Below, piece after piece: positions 59,442-64,000 of a stretch of 64,000 nt of DNA (position 1 is its first letter; each line of letters begins with the position of its first letter). The notes beneath the pieces are model-generated. The model made no database searches. It had not been told where the DNA came from and saw only the letters and a list, made by a program, of their open reading frames with translations. This DNA is from Cyanobacteria bacterium auto_48_18 (lineage in GTDB: Bacteria; Cyanobacteriota; Vampirovibrionia; Obscuribacterales; Obscuribacteraceae): assembly GCA_036170915.1 (NCBI GenBank), contig JAVHQC010000005.1, positions 36,651 through 100,650 on the forward strand. The letters are read 5' to 3'. Position numbers and translations under genes: made by a program.

Positions 59442-60896
59442 TCACCTCGGCTGGCGAGTTTTCGGGGCCGTAGATGTAGATTGCTTTAGATGATCTAGCG
59501 CTGCTTTTAACTGGCTGTCTGCTGCAGAGTTCATTTCGGCGCCTGCGGTTAAGGGCACCAACTGGTGAGGGGTCAAGCCAATTTTGTTAGACCCAGCGTC
59601 GCCGACCCAGGTTCCGTTCGGAGTAAAGTATTTGAACGTAGTAACTTTCAGCCAACTATCTTCAGGCAATCCAGTGCGAATTGTAGTCTGACCTATGCCT
59701 TTGCCGTAAGTTTTTGTACCGATGACGTGGGCCTCGTTATTGTCCTTGAAGGCTCCAGTCAAAAGTTCTGATGCCGAGGCCGAGTTTTCATTGACTAGAA
59801 TGACCACAGGTTTGTCGACCATGTCGGCATGCCTTTCTATGGTCTGCCCTAGCCCCTTCTGCAAAGTAGGCATATCCTCGTATACGGTTTTTAGCTTTAT
59901 GGCGTCGGCTTCAAGTTGATAAGTCGTCTTGTCGAAGCTTATCTCGCCGTCAACATCTTCACGACTTCTGGTCGATAACATTAGCCCCGATGACATGAAG
60001 AGAGAGCCGGTCTGTAAGGCCTCGTGCACGAAACCACCAGGATTGTTGCGCAAGTCTAGAATGTATCCGTTGGCATTAGGATGGGCTTTCAACGCCGCTT
60101 CAACTTCTTCGGAGACATCTGTCTGGGAAAAAGTCATAACCGATAAGTGAAGGAAGCCATCACGCATTTCGCTTTTGACGGCTGGAACGTCAATGACCTC
60201 GCGGGTAATCTCGACTTGTCTTTCTTTGCCGTCTCGTTCGACGGTAAGACGAACTTTCGTATCGACATCACCGCGAATTAGTTTGGCGGTCTCATCGACA
60301 GATTCAGTGTCAATCACTGATTCGTCTACTTTAACGATCCGGTCGCCGGCAGCCAATCCAGCGCGCTGCGCAGGTGAGCTTTCTGTGACTTTGCCGATGA
60401 CGATGGGCACATTCGCAGATTCACCGGGAGCTTCGCCGCCGGGTGACGCCAAATTTTGCGGGACAGCCTTTATTTCTACGCCAATGCCTGTGACTTCACC
60501 ACGTTCGGCTCGCTCTATCTCTCGGGCTTCGGCTGCCGTAATAACATCAGTGTAGGTATCGCCGAAATCTTTCACCGCCTCATTGGCGAACTTTACTGCA
60601 TCGGCATCTGATTTTATTAGACAGTTATATTTCGAGCGCAAAGCGTTGATCTGAGTTTCATTCAGCCGCTCTGGTTCGTAAAAGCGATTAATTGCACCGT
60701 TGACCAGTTTGAGGTAAGCCCTTGACTCAGGGCATGCGGCAGTAGTGCTCTCGGCCGGTTTAGGCTCGTTGACACGCTGTGATAAGTCGGCGTCGCCGTA
60801 GAGTAAATCGCGAGCATTATTTTGCACAGATTGGGAACTTTCGTTCCTAGACTCAAACCTTTCTGAACTGTCTTGTGCCGTGCTTCGGTTTGTCAC
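59442..60896 (-). CDS. S41 family carboxyl-terminal processing protease with PDZ domain
   Basis: GIGVEI PDZ, LDLRNNPGG, SASASE, TYGKG, IGLTP; no Sec signal peptide. Confidence 0.92.
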   Translation of the reverse strand: MTNRSTAQDSSERFESRNESSQSVQNNARDLLYGDADLSQRVNEPKPAESTTAACPESRAYLKLVNGAINRFYEPERLNETQINALRSKYNCLIKSDADAVKFANEAVKDFGDTYTDVITAAEAREIERAERGEVTGIGVEIKAVPQNLASPGGEAPGESANVPIVIGKVTESSPAQRAGLAAGDRIVKVDESVIDTESVDETAKLIRGDVDTKVRLTVERDGKERQVEITREVIDVPAVKSEMRDGFLHLSVMTFSQTDVSEEVEAALKAHPNANGYILDLRNNPGGFVHEALQTGSLFMSSGLMLSTRSREDVDGEISFDKTTYQLEADAIKLKTVYEDMPTLQKGLGQTIERHADMVDKPVVILVNENSASASELLTGAFKDNNEAHVIGTKTYGKGIGQTTIRTGLPEDSWLKVTTFKYFTPNGTWVGDAGSNKIGLTPHQLVPLTAGAEMNSAADSQLKAALDHLKQSTSTAPKTRQPR

Positions 60897-61158
60897 TTAT
60901 CTTGCCCCGGGAGAGAAGACTACAGTAGTCCCGATTGTCTCGCTTGACAATTGGTAACATTCCCATTGCTTCGTAGATCTACGAGCAGTGTATTTACACG
61001 TTTATGCGCCATCAGTGAAGCGCACATCGGGAAGCTGGAAGGTGCCAACTTCAAGACGGTTTGGTCAGAGCATGCAAGCCGTTAAAAGATCAGCCTGGCG
61101 CAGAACTGCCCAAAGGTAAAATATGGCCACCGTGAAGTAATGAGTAGCAAGTAAGTTA

Positions 61159-61212
61159 GTCACGCTTCGGTCACTAATCTGCCACCGCTTAGTCACCCTG
61201 TCTCACTAAGAT
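61159..61212 (+). promoter_or_regulatory. Array of GTCAC-like direct repeats at 11-bp period with a -10-like TAAGAT
   Basis: GTCAC 61159, GTCAC 61170, GCCAC 61181, GTCAC 61192; TAAGAT at 61207. Confidence 0.65.
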
Positions 61213-61305
61213 GTTTTCATGCAGACGAAACAGAGGCAACAACTCCTCTCAAGCGTTTGCAGAAAGCACCACCCACTCTGTTTAAAACAAACACTGGAGC
61301 GAGCG

Positions 61306-62787
61306 ATGGCTACCACCAATATGGAAAGCACTGATATTGTCGCCGACAATTCAAGCATTGGGCCAGAAGGTGCAAGCCACGCTGCAAATGAAGCTTACGA
61401 GCGCTCGGCCCAAACTACTTTCAACAGCCGAGCAAGCGGCCATGACAGCGGCCTAGATTGGCTACCATCCACTCAGTTCTTCGATTCGACAGCCCCGACA
61501 ACTGCACCGACCAAAGATGCCACAACCTGGCCAGTAAGCCAATCTGAAACACAAGAAGCCGCGGCAGCCGTGCAAAGCGCAATGTATGACAGCTGGATTC
61601 CTAGCCTCACTTCAAAGACTGGTTGGACATACGATTTTGATTCTGCATGGCGCGTATTAGAAAACAAGACACCAGATGAAGTACAAGCAATTGATCAAGA
61701 AATTAGCAACACCATCGGTCAAGACTTGTCACAAAATGGCGAGAGATTTGGCCTAAGAGAACTCATTGCGTACAGTGCCGATGATGAACAACTTAGCCGC
61801 TTCGACGCATTGATGCAAGAAAAAGAACAAAGTGATGTACCGCATGAGTTTCGCACAACCGGCGATACACTAATTAAACCGGGCAGCGAATTAACCCCCG
61901 GCGAAGTATCTAGAGTCGAACTCGGCGACCGTCACTATCAAATTTATGTGCCTAAAAACGCCGACAGCAGAGCACCAGTCGTAGTGGCTATGCACGGCGC
62001 CGCTGCCGGTAACGGCGAGAACTTAGCACTCGACGAAATGGGCATGATTGCAGCCGCTGAGCGCACTGGCAGCATCGTTATTTTTGCCGAGCCAAAAGTA
62101 AGAAACTTTGACATGGGGACAGTTTCAAACACCCTAGGCTTAAATGAAGGAGTGGCCTGGAATGTACCTGGCTACCAAAACCTACCAGCTGAAACAGATA
62201 ACTCGTACAGCGACGTCGACTATCTAAACAATGTCATTAGTGATGTTCGTCAAAACGTTAACATAGGTGATACCGTTGGCCTAGCTGGATTCAGCGATGG
62301 CGCGCGCATGGCTCAAGTTTACGCTTCGCTCTATCCAGACCAAGTATCAGCTGTGTACAGTGGCCATGGCACCTGGATGGAAGGAGATCCACTACCCACA
62401 TCACCTGTGCCAATGAAAATTGTTATGGGCACAGGAGACCAGACATTGCCCATGGCAGGCGGCCTAGGTAGCGTAAGCGGATGGATGGACTGGGCAGTCG
62501 ATACAAACCTGGCGAAGTCACGACCACTCGAACAAATCGGTGTCTGGACCGCAGCCAATGATTGTGATGGTGCCACAAACGCCTCGTTCGAACCAGGCGT
62601 AACTAGAGTTGATTACGAATGCCAAGGCGCACCAGTAGAAGTCGACGTATTCGAGAATGCCGCTCATGCCTGGCACGACTTCGGCAATATGGGATCACAA
62701 TCAGTGCAATGGGCACTAGGAGCAGCCGACCGCACCCGCAACATGGGCTTGGACGCTCAGGCCTTTTTGATCACCAATTTGGACTAA
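61306..62787 (+). CDS. LpqC/PHB-depolymerase-like esterase with N-terminal extension
   Basis: RHYQIYVP, VVAMHG, WN, DVDYL, GFSDGA, GTGD, H.W; GGAG RBS before ATG 61306. Confidence 0.85.
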   Translation: MATTNMESTDIVADNSSIGPEGASHAANEAYERSAQTTFNSRASGHDSGLDWLPSTQFFDSTAPTTAPTKDATTWPVSQSETQEAAAAVQSAMYDSWIPSLTSKTGWTYDFDSAWRVLENKTPDEVQAIDQEISNTIGQDLSQNGERFGLRELIAYSADDEQLSRFDALMQEKEQSDVPHEFRTTGDTLIKPGSELTPGEVSRVELGDRHYQIYVPKNADSRAPVVVAMHGAAAGNGENLALDEMGMIAAAERTGSIVIFAEPKVRNFDMGTVSNTLGLNEGVAWNVPGYQNLPAETDNSYSDVDYLNNVISDVRQNVNIGDTVGLAGFSDGARMAQVYASLYPDQVSAVYSGHGTWMEGDPLPTSPVPMKIVMGTGDQTLPMAGGLGSVSGWMDWAVDTNLAKSRPLEQIGVWTAANDCDGATNASFEPGVTRVDYECQGAPVEVDVFENAAHAWHDFGNMGSQSVQWALGAADRTRNMGLDAQAFLITNLD

Positions 62788-62801
62788 TTAGCCTCGGCTC
62801 A

Positions 62802-63027
62802 ATGCGCCAATTTGATGAAAGTTGCCTCGCTGTGCTTGAAGAATTAGGGCCCAAGCAAATCAAGGCATTGTGCGAAAGTTACCATATTAGCCAACCCGTA
62901 TTTGCTCGCTATCTAAATACCAGCGAAAGCACGGTAGAAAAATGGGAGTTTCGACGAAAACCGCAAGGGGCTGCCTTAAAACTTCTATGCGTAGCAAAAA
63001 AAACACGGTCTTGAAATACTAACCTAG
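62802..63027 (+). pseudogene. Degraded HigA/YiaG-like HTH regulator or antitoxin
   Basis: MRQFDESCL...ISQPVFARYLNTSESTVEKWE...ALKLL. The family-like tail KHGLEILT* is out of frame after an A8 run, and the N-terminus appears missing. Confidence 0.7.
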
Positions 63028-63348
63028 ATCTAAAAACAGTTTCGATTAGCGATAGCTTCTGACGTAATTGTTGACGTTAACTTGTTCAGGAACCTGCGCA
63101 TACGGACTCTCTGAGCGGCGTTCTTGAAAAAATAACTAGCTTGCTGCTGTTCTACAGTCGGGCCTGAATAAGCAGTTGAGTAAACCCGGCTTCCGCCGCG
63201 ATCACTCCTAAGCGAATGCCACCACTCAGAGCACTGTAGTGGCTTCAGTGGTGGCATCCTTTTCTCCTATTTTCGACCTTTAAAGCACAAAAAGTATTGG
63301 AAATCGTGAGCGTTCTTCAACTCGCCCGCCAGACATGAATATTCCGCC

Positions 63349-63420
63349 GAACCGCCCTGTACGGACCCGTACGCACGGTGGTGTAACAGGGAAAGCTTGC
63401 GAAAGCCTACCTATGCAAAT
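63349..63420 (+). mobile_element. Group II intron 3' remnant (domains V-VI)
   Basis: GAACCGCCCTGTACGGACCCGTACGCACGGTGGT has the short DV form with a CGC triad, followed by a DVI-like hairpin ending CCTATGCAAAT. No RT ORF upstream. Confidence 0.8.
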
Positions 63421-63441
63421 CGACTAAAAATCGAGCCTGCG

Positions 63442-63473
63442 GTCACTGATCAGTCACAGCTATCCTCTATATT
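63442..63473 (+). promoter_or_regulatory. Two GTCAC direct repeats (11-bp period) with a -10-like TATATT
   Basis: GTCAC 63442 and 63453; TATATT 63468. Confidence 0.6.
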
Positions 63474-63526
63474 GCAATTGTTCACCTTAATACACCTTCC
63501 AATCTCAAGAAAAAGGGGATTACCAA

Positions 63527-63841
63527 ATGAGTAAATTTGAAGTCGCAGATAATGACAGAAACTCAGATAATGTTAGTAGAGACGGACGCATAAGCGAGTC
63601 AATACGTCGACAACTGATGGACGAAGACTTCAAGAAACATGTCGTGATCAGAATCAAGCCAGATGCTTGCATTCGTGACCAAGATGGTTTCATTGCCTGT
63701 GGACCAATTGTTGGTTATGAGCGACCTGAGCTCCCAACACTCAAACCACGCTTCGGTCAACCGAATGACATAGAAAAGTTTCCCAGCAAACCAATGCAAG
63801 AACGCTCACCCAAAGACATTGTCCCGCACAAAGGCTACTAA
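63527..63841 (+). CDS. Small hypothetical protein (104 aa)
   Basis: AGGGG RBS; Cys pair (DACIRDQDGFIACG) and Pro-rich tail. Confidence 0.65.
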   Translation: MSKFEVADNDRNSDNVSRDGRISESIRRQLMDEDFKKHVVIRIKPDACIRDQDGFIACGPIVGYERPELPTLKPRFGQPNDIEKFPSKPMQERSPKDIVPHKGY

Positions 63842-64000
63842 ATAGCCTGAGCAGCACTGAAAAAAATAGGTAATGTAAGTCAGTCCCTGGCTTAGCTTCA
63901 ATGGCTTGAGGCTCAAGTGCATCGAGTTTATGCTTGCTACAGCTAGGTGATGGCGGTCAAATTAAATAAACTGGCGGTCAATTAGGAATGAGCTGTTTGC

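Noticed and set aside
62619..62801. 5' part of the 131-aa ORF 62619-63014
   Set aside because: It overlaps the esterase gene out of frame; only the part from 62802 resembles an HTH protein.
1..64000. CRISPR array, rRNA or tRNA genes
   Set aside because: I saw no repeat-spacer periodicity or recognisable rRNA/tRNA sequence. The repeats found are coding (46604-46720, 55840-55970, zinc-ribbon units) or short operators. Inspection was by eye only.

Overview
This 64 kb window is gene-dense bacterial chromosome with no rRNA, tRNA or CRISPR array that I could recognise. The abundance of TPR/WD40 proteins with signal peptides, TM-PAS histidine kinases and lineage-specific ORFans suggests a non-photosynthetic Melainabacteria (Obscuribacterales-like) genome; this is inference only. 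Recognisable content includes a TPR-metacaspase/WD40 operon, PadR plus a carotenoid-oxygenase-family gene, argF-argG-argH, TetR plus an aldo/keto reductase, several hydrolases, a Phd-VapC toxin-antitoxin pair, redox genes, a two-component cluster, an S41 protease and a group II intron 3' remnant. Four observations stand out. (1) An unannotated leader peptide with four tandem Arg codons and terminator/antiterminator hairpins precedes argFGH, consistent with a classical ribosome-stalling attenuator for arginine biosynthesis. (2) Two in-frame ORFs joined by UGA and followed by a SECIS-like hairpin predict an exported thioredoxin-like selenoprotein. (3) Two translationally coupled histidine kinases have complementary defects: one keeps only the phospho-His, the other only the ATP-binding motifs, suggesting an obligate heterodimer. 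(4) 11-bp-periodic GTCAC boxes lie upstream of several ORFans that lack signal peptides and have similar N-terminal regions. All calls were made by eye; no searches were run.
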